Below, piece by piece: positions 12,681 to 26,134 of a DNA stretch of 64,000 nucleotides; position 1 is the first letter of the stretch; the number at the start of each line of letters is the position of its first letter. The DNA is from Octopus sinensis (Eukaryota), in NCBI RefSeq assembly GCF_006345805.1, contig NC_043013.1:52638001-52702000 (forward strand). The letters are read 5' to 3'. Below the pieces are notes generated by a model. The model made no database searches. It was not told the DNA's origin and saw only the letters and a list, made by a program, of their open reading frames with translations. The position numbers and the translations under genes were made by a program.

Positions 12681-13054
12681 TTCGGAACCAAAATTTCAGA
12701 GTATGATTTGCCTTGGAAGAGCTGAGACAGAGTGTTGCAATTGAAACAAATGCAGCATGGACGAAACATATTAGACATTAAAGAACACAGAAACAATATT
12801 AAATATGCTTAAACGTTTGTTATTCGGTGTCAGTGACCAGGTCGCAGTTTGTGCGAAGAAAATTTTGATATCAAATAATAAATGTTCAATTGAAGTTCAG
12901 CGTCTTTGTTTTGAATGACTAATTTGTGTCTTCCTCGCTGTATATTTGTACATACATATACATACACACACACATCACAAACACATCACACACACAAACA
13001 TATATGTTTATATACATACGTATATGTGCATGTATATATACTTGTATATACTTG

Positions 13055-13097
<43 letters not shown>

Positions 13098-13110
13098 CAT
13101 ATACATATAC

Positions 13111-13195
<85 letters not shown>

Positions 13196-13391
13196 ATACT
13201 AGACACATATGTAATATGTATATACACATCAAAAAAGACACACCCAGACATATGCATTACTTCTAGAATAATTCTACATACTAACACTAAGAAAATAACT
13301 TTTAATTATACTTCACTGAACCTCAAAGAATTTTTATTCTGTGATGTCTCCAAATGCAAATTTAGTTTGTATGAATAAGATTTATTTATAT

Positions 13392-13540
13392 AGGCGCAGG
13401 CGTGATTGTGTAGAAAGAAGCTTGCTTCCCAGCGACATGGCTCCAGGTTCAATCCCACACCGTGGTGTCATCCGCTATTACCACGGGTCGACCAAAGTCT
13501 TGTGAGTAGATTTGTTAGACGGGAACTGAAAAAGGCAGTC
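13392..13540 (+). mobile_element. SINE family C head
   Basis: aggcgcaggcgtgattgtgtagaaagaagcttgcttccc...ggttcaatccc...gaccaaagtcttgtgagtagatttg. Confidence 0.7.
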
Positions 13541-13551
13541 ATATATATATA

Positions 13552-13606
<55 letters not shown>

Positions 13607-13607
13607 A

Positions 13608-13655
<48 letters not shown>

Positions 13656-13669
13656 GTAAATATATATGT

Positions 13670-13820
13670 GACAATTATTCGGTAGCCAAGATAAAACACT
13701 GAGTTTCGGTTGCCAAGGTGGAAATCCACACCACCATCTCTCCTGTTATAATAGCATATTATATTTACAGATAAATTCCTCTATTTACACAATATTGATG
13801 TCTCTTTCCTTCTTTTGTTA
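13670..13820. mobile_element. PLE terminal-repeat fragments, same family as 9700 and 11147
   Basis: attattcggtagccaagataaaacactgagtttcgg...gtggaaatccacaccaccatctc (minus-strand HHR remnant) joined to ataaattcctctatttacac..., which matches 11322-11390 on plus. Lies between (TA)n tracts. Confidence 0.75.
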
Positions 13821-15534
13821 TCTCACCGTTTCTACTAATATATACATACATATATATATATATATATATATTATTCCGTTTTGGGATTTGGTTTGCAAGA
13901 TTCTTTATATGAGTTCGTGTGTTGAAGCATATCCTAGGGAGAGTCATTTTCTTTTTGTGCCTTATAATGTAACACACTCACCGGTAAAATTTCCACTTAT
14001 TTCTTATTTTTATCTTACTAAAATTTTCGTTGCGTCTTGCAACCTTTTCGGTAGTCTTGACCCTGTCCGTTATTTACACTGCGTTCGCTTTTGTTTGTTT
14101 GTGCGCATGTGTGGGGGCCAGTGTGTGTGTGTGTGCCTATACATGCATGCATGTCCGTATGTATGTATATGTGTTTTTAACATGTGTATGTATGTGTGTG
14201 TATGCATATGTATATATGTATGTATGTGTGTGCATCTGTATGTACGTATCCTGCATATTTATGTGCTTGCATGTCCGTGTTTGTGTATTTTCTATGTATG
14301 TGTGTGTGAGCATGTGTTTGTATATGTATGCACCTCTGTCTCCTTGTGTGTGTATGTCTGTATGTGTGTGTGTGTGGTATGCAACTATGTACCATGTTTG
14401 TATGTATGGATGTGCATCTTTATATGTGTGGATCCGTGTCTCCGGTTGTGTCTGTTCTTGTAACCTATGTACCTATCCGTCTCTATTTTAATCTGTATGT
14501 TGAAAGAAAGAAATGGAGAAATATGGATGTGTAAATCATTTATTAGCAGGATATAAATATGTTGAAGTTTTTTTTTTATATAGTAAAAATACAAATAAAT
14601 TATAAGTTACACAGCTCTAAAAGAAACATATGTAGGTTTTCCGCATCTGCTGTTTCTTTTGGAACTGTGCAACTTATAGTTTATTTGTATTGTTATTATA
14701 TAAAACAAAATTTAACATCCTTATATCGTATAAATAAATTATTCACTCTTTCATATTTCTCCATTTTCCTTCTTTCTGTATAGTAATAATATAGTATAGT
14801 AATTCAAAATGCACCGGGGTCGACTTTGCATTTCATCCTTTGGGGGTCGATAAATTAAGTACCAGTTGCATACTGGGGTCGATCTAATCGACTGGCCATC
14901 TTGACAATTGGCGTTGATGTGTTTACCTCCCGTAACTTAGCAGTTCGGCAAAAAATTATGTTATAATAAGTACTACGTTGTTAAGAACAAATACAGTTCT
15001 GGTGTAGATTTTTTTTGGCTAAAATCTTTCTAGGGGATGCCCCAGCATGGCCGCAGTGAAATGCCTGAAATAACTGAAATCTAAAAGATATCTCAGATGG
15101 AGACAGAACAGATATTATTAGGAGAGGAAATAAAAAGAAAATGGGTCTCATGATATTGGACACTGTATATTTTCTTATAGATTTAGTTAATCGAGCATAA
15201 GTAAGGTCCTTCGTGATTGGTGGATTGAAGAGGAACATACTTGCACGCCACCTGGATGGATGCAAAGCAAAAACAATGCAGATACAACATAGATTTTCCG
15301 GAACATTTGGATAACTGGTTTTTCCGAACAAGGAGTGATCCCCTTCATCAATACACTCTAAATTAAAGAAATATTAAACTTTACTTGAATGATTAAATGA
15401 AGTACAGGTGAACATTGTTCCGGGTTCACATCCACTCCGTCGCCTCGGGCCGACCAAGGACTTGTGATTGGAATTGGCGGACGGGAACTGAAAGAAGCCA
15501 CACGTATATATATATATTATATATATATATATAT

Positions 15535-15572
<38 letters not shown>

Positions 15573-15606
15573 ATATATATATACATAATATATAATACAA
15601 TACATA

Positions 15607-15640
<34 letters not shown>

Positions 15641-15740
15641 NNNNNNNNNNNNNNNNNNNNNNNNNNNNNNNNNNNNNNNNNNNNNNNNNNNNNNNNNNNN
15701 NNNNNNNNNNNNNNNNNNNNNNNNNNNNNNNNNNNNNNNN
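15641..15740. other. Assembly gap (100 N)
   Basis: Run of N. Confidence 1.
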
Positions 15741-16293
15741 TTGATGGCGGAGGCGCTGGTGGTGGTGATGTTGATGAGGGAAATGATTGTGATAATGATG
15801 ACGACGACGACGGCGGTGAAAATAATGGACAACGCAGATTAAAGAAACACAATACAAGGGTTTTAAGTGATTTTTCCATATTTCAAGAGCTTCAATGAAT
15901 TTTGAGAAGAATTTAAGAATTTCAATTCCATATTTTATTCCATCAACTTTCCTGATAAACCGTTCCACTTATGCACCAATGTGAACATTTCTTTTGCATA
16001 CACATGTATTTACATTCATACCTACGCACAAACGACAGTATATATATGTATATGCGTATGTATATATATATATATATATCAATATATATGTGTTTGTGAG
16101 TATGTATACAATATGGGTACGTGTCTGTACACACATCTGTATATAAGTATATGTGTGTGTGTGTGTGTGTAATATATATAACAATATATAGTATATATGT
16201 GAGTGTGTGATGTGTATGTGTGGGTTGTGTTTGTTGGTATGTCTATATATCTATATATGTTATATTTATTCTATCTATATATATGTGTGTGTA

Positions 16294-16332
<39 letters not shown>

Positions 16333-16337
16333 TAATG

Positions 16338-16370
<33 letters not shown>

Positions 16371-16376
16371 GTATAT

Positions 16377-16409
<33 letters not shown>

Positions 16410-17676
16410 GTGTGTGTGTGTGTGTATATATAATATATACACATATACATACATATATACTGTATACACACACATATATAGATGGCAGTGAAGGTGGTGG
16501 TGGATGGTAGAGATGATGATGAAGTTATTAAGGATTTCGTTACGTATGAATGTGTGTGTTCCTGTGTGGATATATATACATATGCATGTTTACGCATGCG
16601 TTGTTGCCTAGTGACAAATATCTCATTTATACATGTTAAAACGTCACGCATAAGTAAGGACATAAACACGCACACTCACGCTCATGCATAAATACACACA
16701 CACATACACAGAGACATACACGTAGAGACATACACATACACACACACAAATACATAGACATACACACGCATGCATATAAAATTACAAAGCATATGACAAA
16801 TTTTGACGAGGCAATCACGGAAGAATAGTTCGAAGGATCGTTGTTGAATCACGAGGTTGTAGGTTCGATCCGACTACGTGGTAGCCAAACCCCGTTGATG
16901 AGATTATGTGGAAGCCCGGGTAATAATATCTTTCCTGTAAATAAAAGTCCAGATTTGTCAAACATTAGATCCCACTGTTCCGGCCGCTCACATGTTAGAC
17001 CAGGAAATTAAAGAAACTCACGATCATCGTCGACAAAGACAGAGGTTCATTGTAAGTATATAAAATTATCAACACATCGAATAAAACAACGCTATAATTT
17101 ACAGAATTAAAAACGTAAAAAGAACAGGATATATAACAAATCATGTGCTCTTATATATATATACATATGCAGCAGTGCATATGCATATATTTGCTTGTAT
17201 AATATTTAAACGTGTCAGCATCATCTTCATCATTTAACATCCGTTTGCGATGCTGGCATAGGTGGGGCTATGTGTATGTATATATAGATGTATACATACA
17301 TAAATATGAACACTAAATTAACTTTGCGATTGAAGTTCAAATTGTACTTTATCCATACAGATTGGCTATATATACATATATATATACATATATATCTATA
17401 TAGATATATAATAGATAATATAGTATATATATAATATATTATATATATATATAATATTATAATCTGATTTTTTGTGTTCGTAAATACATACAGACCTACC
17501 CTATGAAGCGCCGTCACACGGCTGTTGCTGAAAAGTATGTAACTATATAGTATTATACGGGATAATTTTTTATAATGTATATTATGAATATAGGCTCATG
17601 AGCTTTAAGCTGGTGTGCAGTGCTGAAACAAATGTGATTTAGCATGAAAGCCTATTACCCTCCATCTTCGTGTTAT

Positions 17677-17799
<123 letters not shown>

Positions 17800-18172
17800 T
17801 TATATATAATTTATATATATTTATATATATCTATTCATATTATATATATATATAATATATATATATACATATATCATATACACATATAATATTATGAGTG
17901 TGTGTATATACATACATAAATGTGTATGTTTGTATGTATATATGTATACATGTATATATTTTATATAACATATATAACATGCACATATATATAAAGGTAT
18001 GCATGTATGTGTATTTATATGTATGTATTATATAGATATATTCCAAACCTGACTCATTGTTTACAAAACATTGCTGTAAAAGAACATAAACACAAATACA
18101 GTCTTTAAATTAAATCACAGGTTATCCCTTCATGCCGTGCATATATATATATATATATTATATATATATATA

Positions 18173-18204
<32 letters not shown>

Positions 18205-18310
18205 ATATGTATATATATATATATATGTTACAATTCACATATCCATGTATTCATTTATCCGAATGTAAGATAAGAGAGTTTGAACACGATAACTCGGGTT
18301 ATGCAGTTTG

Positions 18311-18763
18311 TCAAAATCTTCCCTGCTGCTGCCCTTCCTGTCGTCCTTTTAACATAGCAGCTTCCTCCTCCTTTTTCCGCCGATTATATTCGTCTATGGC
18401 ATATTGATACTTAGGGCTGGTTATACCAAGCGCCCATCCCAGTTTCTCACCACACATCTCAGCAGTTTTTACAGATTTCCGAAAAGCAACTGTCAAATAA
18501 AACCAAATCCATGGTAAAATCGTTGGAGATCGTGGATCAAAAGATTTTGGCGGTACTAAAGGAGATTTGCTGTCATCACAACTGGTTGGTTCATCTTCTG
18601 AGGAAGAATATTCTTCAATGACACCGTCACTAAAATGTAATATCCTTTTCGGTATTTTCTTTTTCGTTTGGGTATTTCCATCTCCAAGATCAATGAAGCT
18701 GAGTTCTACATCTTTTGGTATACATTCCACTAAATTTACTTGAGAAATTCTAGTTTCCGCCAT
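18311..18763 (-). CDS. FAM177A1: FAM177A-family protein, 150 aa, single coding exon
   Basis: Family motifs PKRILHFSDGVIEEYS, DP...LPW and GEKLGWALGITSPKYQYAIDEY followed by a charged helix. Good start context aaaATGG, and the ORF is uninterrupted. Confidence 0.9.
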   Translation of the reverse strand: MAETRISQVNLVECIPKDVELSFIDLGDGNTQTKKKIPKRILHFSDGVIEEYSSSEDEPTSCDDSKSPLVPPKSFDPRSPTILPWIWFYLTVAFRKSVKTAEMCGEKLGWALGITSPKYQYAIDEYNRRKKEEEAAMLKGRQEGQQQGRF

Positions 18764-20188
18764 TTTCTCCTAAGTTTATTATATGTTTGTATCATTCATT
18801 CGAGATATCAATCTCAAATCGAGTCTATATATGTGCCTTGTTTCGCGTTTATGTATATATAGTTGTATATGTGCGTATATATGTATATGTATGTGTATGC
18901 TTGTATGTACCTATGTATGAATATGAATATGTATGTTTATGATTGTGGGTATTTTATACAAGATGATACGTACACTTCATCTGTATATTTGCGATTATAT
19001 TCTTTTGGGATTCAATTATCAGATTTACTTTATTTTTCAGAAATACGTGAGCGTGTCAGTGCGTGTGTATTACTGCAACTACTTGCTCAAGTGTGTGATT
19101 TTGTGATTGTGCATTTCTTTATGTGTACGTCTGTGTTTGTGTATGTGTGCGTCTATCCGTGTTTGTGTTTGTGTGTGTGAGAGAGAGAGCGTGTGTTAGT
19201 TACAGAACTAACAATATGTTGAACAATATGATTAGAATAGAACAATAACAGCGAATGTCGACGTGGTGGTATGAATAATTCCGACGTCAGATGCAAACAG
19301 TTGGCGATGAATGAAAATTTAATCCAATTTATGAATATATTTGCTTTCTTCTTTTACAGATCCGAGTTCAAATTTTTTCCTGTGTTAATACACTCCTGCT
19401 TAAAGGTCAAGTGGATTTCCATTAATCCTAGATAATCATCCGTCCTTGCAATTCAATATCATTGACTTTACGCATACATGGATCCCTCCACGAAATCAAC
19501 TACAAACAAACATATAGTGCAACCGTTTCGATTTCGCCTTGTAAACACCACTGCGTCCGTGTGGAGTATATTCGTGTTGTTATTGTAGTTGTTCAACTTA
19601 TTCGACAACACCAAGTGCAACAATAACGATCTTAACCATAGAGACCATCTGCCGGAAGTCGTACAATCGGTGCGGTGAGTGGTGAGAGTGAGGAAGATGG
19701 GGGAAAGAGAGAGAGAGAGAGAGGACGAGAGAATGAGAGAGAAATTAAGAGTCACACGCGCACGCACGCACACATTCACAATTACACCCACTCCCACACA
19801 CAGTTAATCCACTTAATTACAATAGCTTTGTGTTGTCATTACACTTCATTTTTCATACAATAGATCGTTAGTTTTCTGTTTTTCTTTTTCTTATTGTTGT
19901 TGTTGTTATTGTGGGTGTTGTTGCTTTTGTTGTTTCTTCTTTTACTTTCTATTTCGTGCTTTATCTCCTATCTATTCAGGCAGCTACTTGTCGAACGGTC
20001 TGATCGCATCGCCTTCTCAACTTCCTGCTAGAGGCCACAACACCAAGTTTACACCAACAACGCATCGACAACACACTCTGGTTATATGCCTCCAATTTCT
20101 GATAATCAGCTCTTTTCTGCAAAAGTAAAGAAAAAATAACAAAAATCAATATCAAAAACACTGTGTGTCTCTGTCTGTGTGTGTGTGT

Positions 20189-20225
<37 letters not shown>

Positions 20226-20563
20226 TGTTTGTCTGTGTGTGAGTGTTTAAAAGAATTGCAAGCAATATATGTGTATAAACTATTAACAAGCAAGAGAATA
20301 AATATATAAATAGGTTAATAGATTTTATTTTTTGTATCTGTGCGTAAAGGTAGGAGATTTGAGGGATAAAGACTAATGATGTCTGCGTTTATGAAAGAGA
20401 GACTACCTGCTCTGAACGCACAGAGAAATCAATAGAACCTGCTGGACAGTAACCTGGTCGCTACACAACCGAACTATTGATGGCGGCTTTGTTTGAGGAA
20501 CAGTAAAAATACCATGGCAACAAACCACCCGGACGTATGAGATCATTGTGCATGTATTCATGG

Positions 20564-20694
<131 letters not shown>

Positions 20695-20701
20695 GTATAT
20701 A

Positions 20702-20737
<36 letters not shown>

Positions 20738-21397
20738 TGTGTATGTATGTATGAATACATATATGGAGTGAATCGAACGGCTTTTGTGTGTTTCTTAAAT
20801 GGCTTATAAACACCTTCCACGCTGCAATTGTTTTCGTTTCAGCACACGATCTCAGATGAAATTACTTGCTATGCGAGTACATCTCCGTAATATATATATA
20901 TATATATACATAAATTATATTATATATATATAAACATACAGAGAGACACAGACTCAAATGCTCTCACGCGCATACATTTACATGTGTGTGTATTCATACA
21001 TACAGGTACATTCTCACTCTCACTAAAACATATATGTATGTATATATGTATATATGTATATAAACGCACGTGAATGCTTACGTCAGACATGAGTCTTCAC
21101 ACCTGATTAAACCAGGAAGTTCAGCTTGTTTCCTACAGTGTATAGGCTAAGATTTCTATAACTCCCACGGGGTGGGTTGCCATCCGTCGCTACGTCGAAA
21201 TCCCCACCCAGCCGCGTAGTAATTGCTGTTACTTATTCAGTGCTGAATAACAACAAGAATGAAGAAATATTCTGATCAATTTCACAAGAAATCCGCACCT
21301 TAAGTGATATTGGTTATATTGGCCCCTTATGATCGTATCTTTAAATCCCTTAACTTGAACAGTATGCACCTATATAAGTATGTACATGTACACGTAT

Positions 21398-21431
<34 letters not shown>

Positions 21432-22184
21432 CTACTACCAACACCACAACCACCACCATCATCATCATCATCATCGTTAACGTTCGTCTTCCACACAGGC
21501 ACGGGTAGGAAGGTTCACAGGATCCGGCCACGTAGAAGACGACCTCAGGCAACTGTGTCCGTTTTGGCGGGGCTTTTACACCTGGATGCCCTTCTCAACA
21601 CCTACCACTCTGCAGTATGGGCTCAGTACTTTTTACGTAGCTCTAGCATGGGCAAGGTTAGTTTGGTATGATTTTCGCAGCTGGATGCCCTTCCAAATGT
21701 CAACCACTTTACAGTGTGGCCTAGATGCTTATTTATGTGGTACCAACACTGGCAGAGTCCCCAGGTAACTCGCAAGAGAAGGAATTTTAAGGAGAGGAAC
21801 TTGTGTCGAAGAATGAAAGGTTAAAGTGAGACAGAGAGACAGAGAAGCAGAAACAAGTGTCTTGCTATAACAGAGGGGTCACTGGAGGTGGTGATCCGGG
21901 GTCAGATTATGAAAGGTCAGAGCGTTACAGAGAGGCAGAAATGGATGTTTTGCTACAGAGGAGATAGAAGGTTACCCAGCGAAACAGAAAGAGAGAGAGA
22001 GAAGAGAGAGGAGAAGAAGAAGGCAGTGGGAGAGAGGGAGAGAGGATGAGAGGGTGAGAGGAAAAGAGAGGGGGAGAGAGAAGTACAAGAAAGAGGACAG
22101 AAACAGGCGTGCTGCTGTAGATGAGATACATGGCTACCCAGCCAGAAGGTAGAGCAACGGAAAGAGAGAGAGAAGGGAACGTAG

Positions 22185-22830
22185 AGAGAGGGGGAACAGA
22201 GAGAGGGGAACAGAAAGAGAGGGGAACAGAGAGAGGGGAACAAAAAGAGAGGGGAACAGAGAGAGGGGAGCAATAAGAGAGGGGGACAGAGAGGGGAACA
22301 GAAAGAGAGGGGGACAGAGAGAGGGGGAACAGAGAGAGAGGGGGGGGAACAGAGAGAGAGGGAACAGAGAGAGAGAGGGGGAACAGAGAGAGAGAGAGGG
22401 GAACAGAGAGAGGGGGAACAGAGAGAGGGGAACAGAAAGAGAGGGGGACAGAGAGAGAGGGGGAACAGAGGGAGAGGGGGAACAGTGAGAGAGGGAAACA
22501 GAGAGAGAGGGGGAACAGAAGAGAGGGGGAACAGAGAGAGGGGGAAACAGAGAGAGGGGAACAGAAAGAGAGGGGGAACAGAGAGAGAGGGGAACAGAGA
22601 GAGGGTAACAGAAAGAGAGGAGAACAGAGAGAGAGGGGAACAGAAAGAAAGAGGGGATCAGAGAGAGAGGGGGAACAGAGGGAGAGAGGGAACAGAGAGA
22701 GAGAGAAACAGAGAGAGAGAAGGGAACACAGAGAGTGAGAGGAGGGAACAGAGAGAGAGAGGGGGGAACAGATTGAGAGAGAGAAGGGGGAACAGAGAAA
22801 GAGAGGCGGGAACAGAGAGAGAGACGGGGA
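22185..22830 (+). repeat. Purine-rich minisatellite (GGGGAACAGAGAGA variants)
   Basis: Dozens of degenerate ~15-21 bp units, with the plus strand almost entirely purine. Confidence 0.9.
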
Positions 22831-22872
22831 ATGCGTAGGAGAGAGGTGGTGAAGTGCTAAGGTATATTATAA

Positions 22873-23060
22873 AGGCGGCGGGCTGACAGAATCGTTTGTA
22901 CGCTGGCCGGAATGTTTAGTGGTATTTCCTCTGCCACTCTGTTCTGAGTTCAAATTCCGCCGAGGTCGACTTTGCATTTAATTCTTTCGCGGTCGATAAA
23001 CTAAGTACGAGTGAACCACTGGGGTTGATGTAATCGACTAGTGCCCTCCCACCTAATTTT
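22873..23060 (+). mobile_element. SINE family A
   Basis: aaggcggcgggctgacagaatcg...ctgagttcaaattccgccgaggtcgactttgc...ggtcgataaactaagtac. Confidence 0.8.
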
Positions 23061-23190
23061 TTCAGCCTAGTACTTATTTTATCGGTCTGTTTTGACGAAA
23101 TGCTATATTACGGGAACATAAACACACAAACAAATGTTATCAAGTGGTATTGATGGTGGGCACACACACGCTCATATATATATATATATA

Positions 23191-23388
23191 AATTAATATT
23201 CAAGGGCATTAACAAGCAGTACCGACATGCTAAATATAACAGTCAAAATGATCAAAACACATATTTTTTCTTAAACACAAAGATGAACATTTTCACGTTT
23301 GTGTTTAAGTGAAAATTTGTGGTTTGGTCATTTTGACTGCTATATTTAGCATGTCGGCACTGCTTGTTAGTACCCTTAATTATTGATT
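23191..23388. repeat. Imperfect ~200 bp palindrome
   Basis: aacaagcagtaccgacatgctaaatataacagtcaaaatga pairs with tcattttgactgctatatttagcatgtcggcactgcttgtt. Centre near 23290. Confidence 0.9.
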
Positions 23389-23865
23389 GATAATTTTTTA
23401 CCGTTACGGGTTTTTTCTCTTGTGTGTAGCTAGAGAAAATGTCAGAAAGGTCAGTTAATCTTCAACAATTTTTTAAAAATTCTTAAATATATCTCCTTCT
23501 GTGTATATATATATATACTACTAAACAAACATGATTTTTATTGAACTCTACTTTTTGGGGTCCCGTTCTGATTACTTTCTCAAATACTTTCTTGTAAACT
23601 GTTTTTAACATTTTCTTATTATTATCAAAGAATGTATATATGTATTTTAATATTTCGTGACAACCAGTACTTAACACAACAAAGCTTAAACAAAGCTTTA
23701 CATTTTACATTTGACAATCTTTTTCTAAAAAAGTGAAACCGGTCAAGTGAATAAACATCTTTAAGATTGCATATTTTCAAACCTTCTTTCATTTATATTT
23801 CCATTCGTGTGGTACCTTATAACGCTACTTTGTTATATATATATGTATATATGTATATATATATC

Positions 23866-24155
23866 ACCGTGATCGACCAGGCTACCAGATGTTGCTACAC
23901 ATCGCTGGTCACAATGCGCTTCGCATTGTTTTAGCCTTCAAATGACGCCACCCCGCTGGCTAAGCGAGCAGGCCAACAGAAGAATGAATGAGAGAAAGTT
24001 GTGGCGAAAGAGTACAGCAGGGATCGCCACCACCCCCTGCCAGAACCTCATGGAGCTTTAGGTGTTTTTGCTCAATAAACACTCACAACGCCTTGTCTGG
24101 GAATCGAAACCGCGATCCTCCGACCGTGAGTCCGCTGCCATAACCACTGGGCCAT
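23866..24155 (-). mobile_element. tRNA-derived SINE, family B
   Basis: Minus strand aatggcccagtggttatggcagcggactc...ggtttcgattcccagac...gttgtgagtgtttattgagc, related to 31210. Confidence 0.75.
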
Positions 24156-24188
24156 TATATATATATATATATAATATATATATATATA

Positions 24189-24456
24189 TTTATTATATAG
24201 AAGGAGCTTCTACAGGACTAGAACTGTTTCATTCAAGAGAAATCTTCAGGAAGCTAGTTAACAAGAATTGTATTGGCATTTATACATTTAGGCAGGTTTA
24301 AAGGGGTGTTGGTGGGGGACTTTTTGGGGGTAGGCATAGCGCAAAATTTAAGCCTAAATGTATAAATGCCAATACAATTCTTGTTAACTAGCTTCCTGAA
24401 GATTTCTCTTGAATGAAACAGTTCTAGTCCTGTAGAAGCTCCTTCTATATAATAAA
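24189..24456. repeat. Perfect 105 bp inverted repeat (inverted PLE-type terminal repeat) with one HHR per arm
   Basis: Arms 24189-24293 and 24352-24456 are reverse complements, with a 58 bp spacer, all within (TA)n. Confidence 0.95.
24390..24440 (+). ncRNA. Type I hammerhead ribozyme
   Basis: agcttc-CTGAAGA-t ttc tctt gaa t-GAAA-cag ttctagtc ctg-TA-gaagct. 6 bp stem I, predicted cleavage after GUA at 24434. Mirrored on minus at 24205-24255. Confidence 0.85.
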
Positions 24457-24522
24457 TTAATTTTACTCTGCTATGTATTGAGTACCTTATTTACTGTGGT
24501 TAACCCCGAATCAACCGGGACC

Positions 24523-24582
<60 letters not shown>

Positions 24583-25499
24583 TAGGTAGGTAGGTAGGTA
24601 GGTAGGTAGATGTGTAGGTCTTTAAATATTAATTGAAAACTTATTCAGTACCTTTTTGTACACTATTATATTCATTTTTAGAAGGAAATGGTTGACAGTG
24701 ACTTCGCAGTTACGGCTAAGCAGCCGTTGTCCAGAAACCGAAATCATTAGTAACTATTTCCCTGTAAAAATAATAAGCATAAACATATAGATAGATAGAA
24801 AAGAGAGAGCGGGGAAGAGAGAGAAGGAGAGAGCTGAGCAGGCACTGCTATGCGTTTAAGATTTTCGCCAAGCAAAACAATATTCTCTGGTTCAATCCCG
24901 TTTTGGGGAACTCGCTTATGGTGTAGCCCCACATATACCAATGTCTTGTGATTGAATTTCGTCAGCGTAATGCGTACAGAAAAATCCTGTCGGTTACGTG
25001 AACCATGTTTAGCTCTAATGCATTTATTTCATTTCTTTTCTATAATCGTCGTGAAGTAGCATACGCCACGTTTGCGCCCACGCTCTGTCCAATGAAACAT
25101 CTGGGATATGCATTGCAACCCATTCTTATCTGAGTAGGACGACGCATAAAATGAAGTACGCTGCTGGAGGACATAGAGTGTTGCCCGGTCCGCCAATGGA
25201 TAACATGATCTTAACAACATGAGCCCCCACCCACTTCAACCACTTGATTTTAAACGCCGACGATATTTCGGCTAAAAGCTATTTATAGAGGCATGAACTG
25301 CTAAGCACGAGAGATGAATTGCACGTAATTCTAGCCGCCCATTTGTTTTCCTTTTACATGATATACACGTGTGAAGAGGTATTTGAGGCTGTTGTTCCTG
25401 TCCTATGGACTGATTACGTCAGGGAGTAAGATGTGTGCGTGGAGGAACTGCTTCAAATGTGGTGATTCGTGGTGACTGTAACCAGTTGTTGTTTAACCT

Positions 25500-25995
25500 T
25501 TATTTTTACTTGGTTCAGTCATTAGACTGCGGCCAAGCTGGGGCACCACCTTGAAGAGATTTCAGTCTAATGTATCGACTCTGGTATTTATTCTTCTTTT
25601 TGATCCTATTGGTCTTCTTTGCCGAACCGCTAAGTAACGAGCACGTAAACACACCCACCCTGGTTTGTCAAGCTGTGGTGGGGGACAAACAGACACGAAC
25701 GCATAAACAGCACCCTCCACACACACATACACAAACAGACGTACGCTCACACACATACGCACGTACACACACATACGCACGCACACACACATACGCACAC
25801 ATACACACACGTATATATACACATACATATATACGGCGGGATTATTTCAGTTTCCGTCAACCAAATCCACTCACAAGTCTTTCGTCGGCCCGAACCTATA
25901 CTAGAAGACACTTGCCCAGGGTGCCACGAAGCGGGACTGAACCTGCTAGCCATGTAGCTAGGAAGCAAACATTTTTTTACTAAACAGCCACGCCC
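25500..25995 (-). mobile_element. SINE family C, near full length
   Basis: ttcagtcattagactgcggccaagctggggcacc tail; gccgaaccgctaagt; cacttgcccagggtgccacg...gggactgaacc head. Confidence 0.8.
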
Positions 25996-26134
25996 TACAT
26001 TTATTTATAATAACTATTTGCATTAATTTAGTTGTAGCAGATCGATAATAGCAAGGTAGCGTTTTTTTTATCGATCATGATCGAAGCGATGCATCGTAAT
26101 CTTAGTAACAAGGCATCAGAGGAATTCCTTCTCA

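Noticed and set aside
14015-14065. Minus-strand CCGAAAA-g-gttgc aagac gcaac-GAAA motif
   Set aside because: Good stem II but two core deviations. Possibly a decayed PLE hammerhead, not supportable alone.
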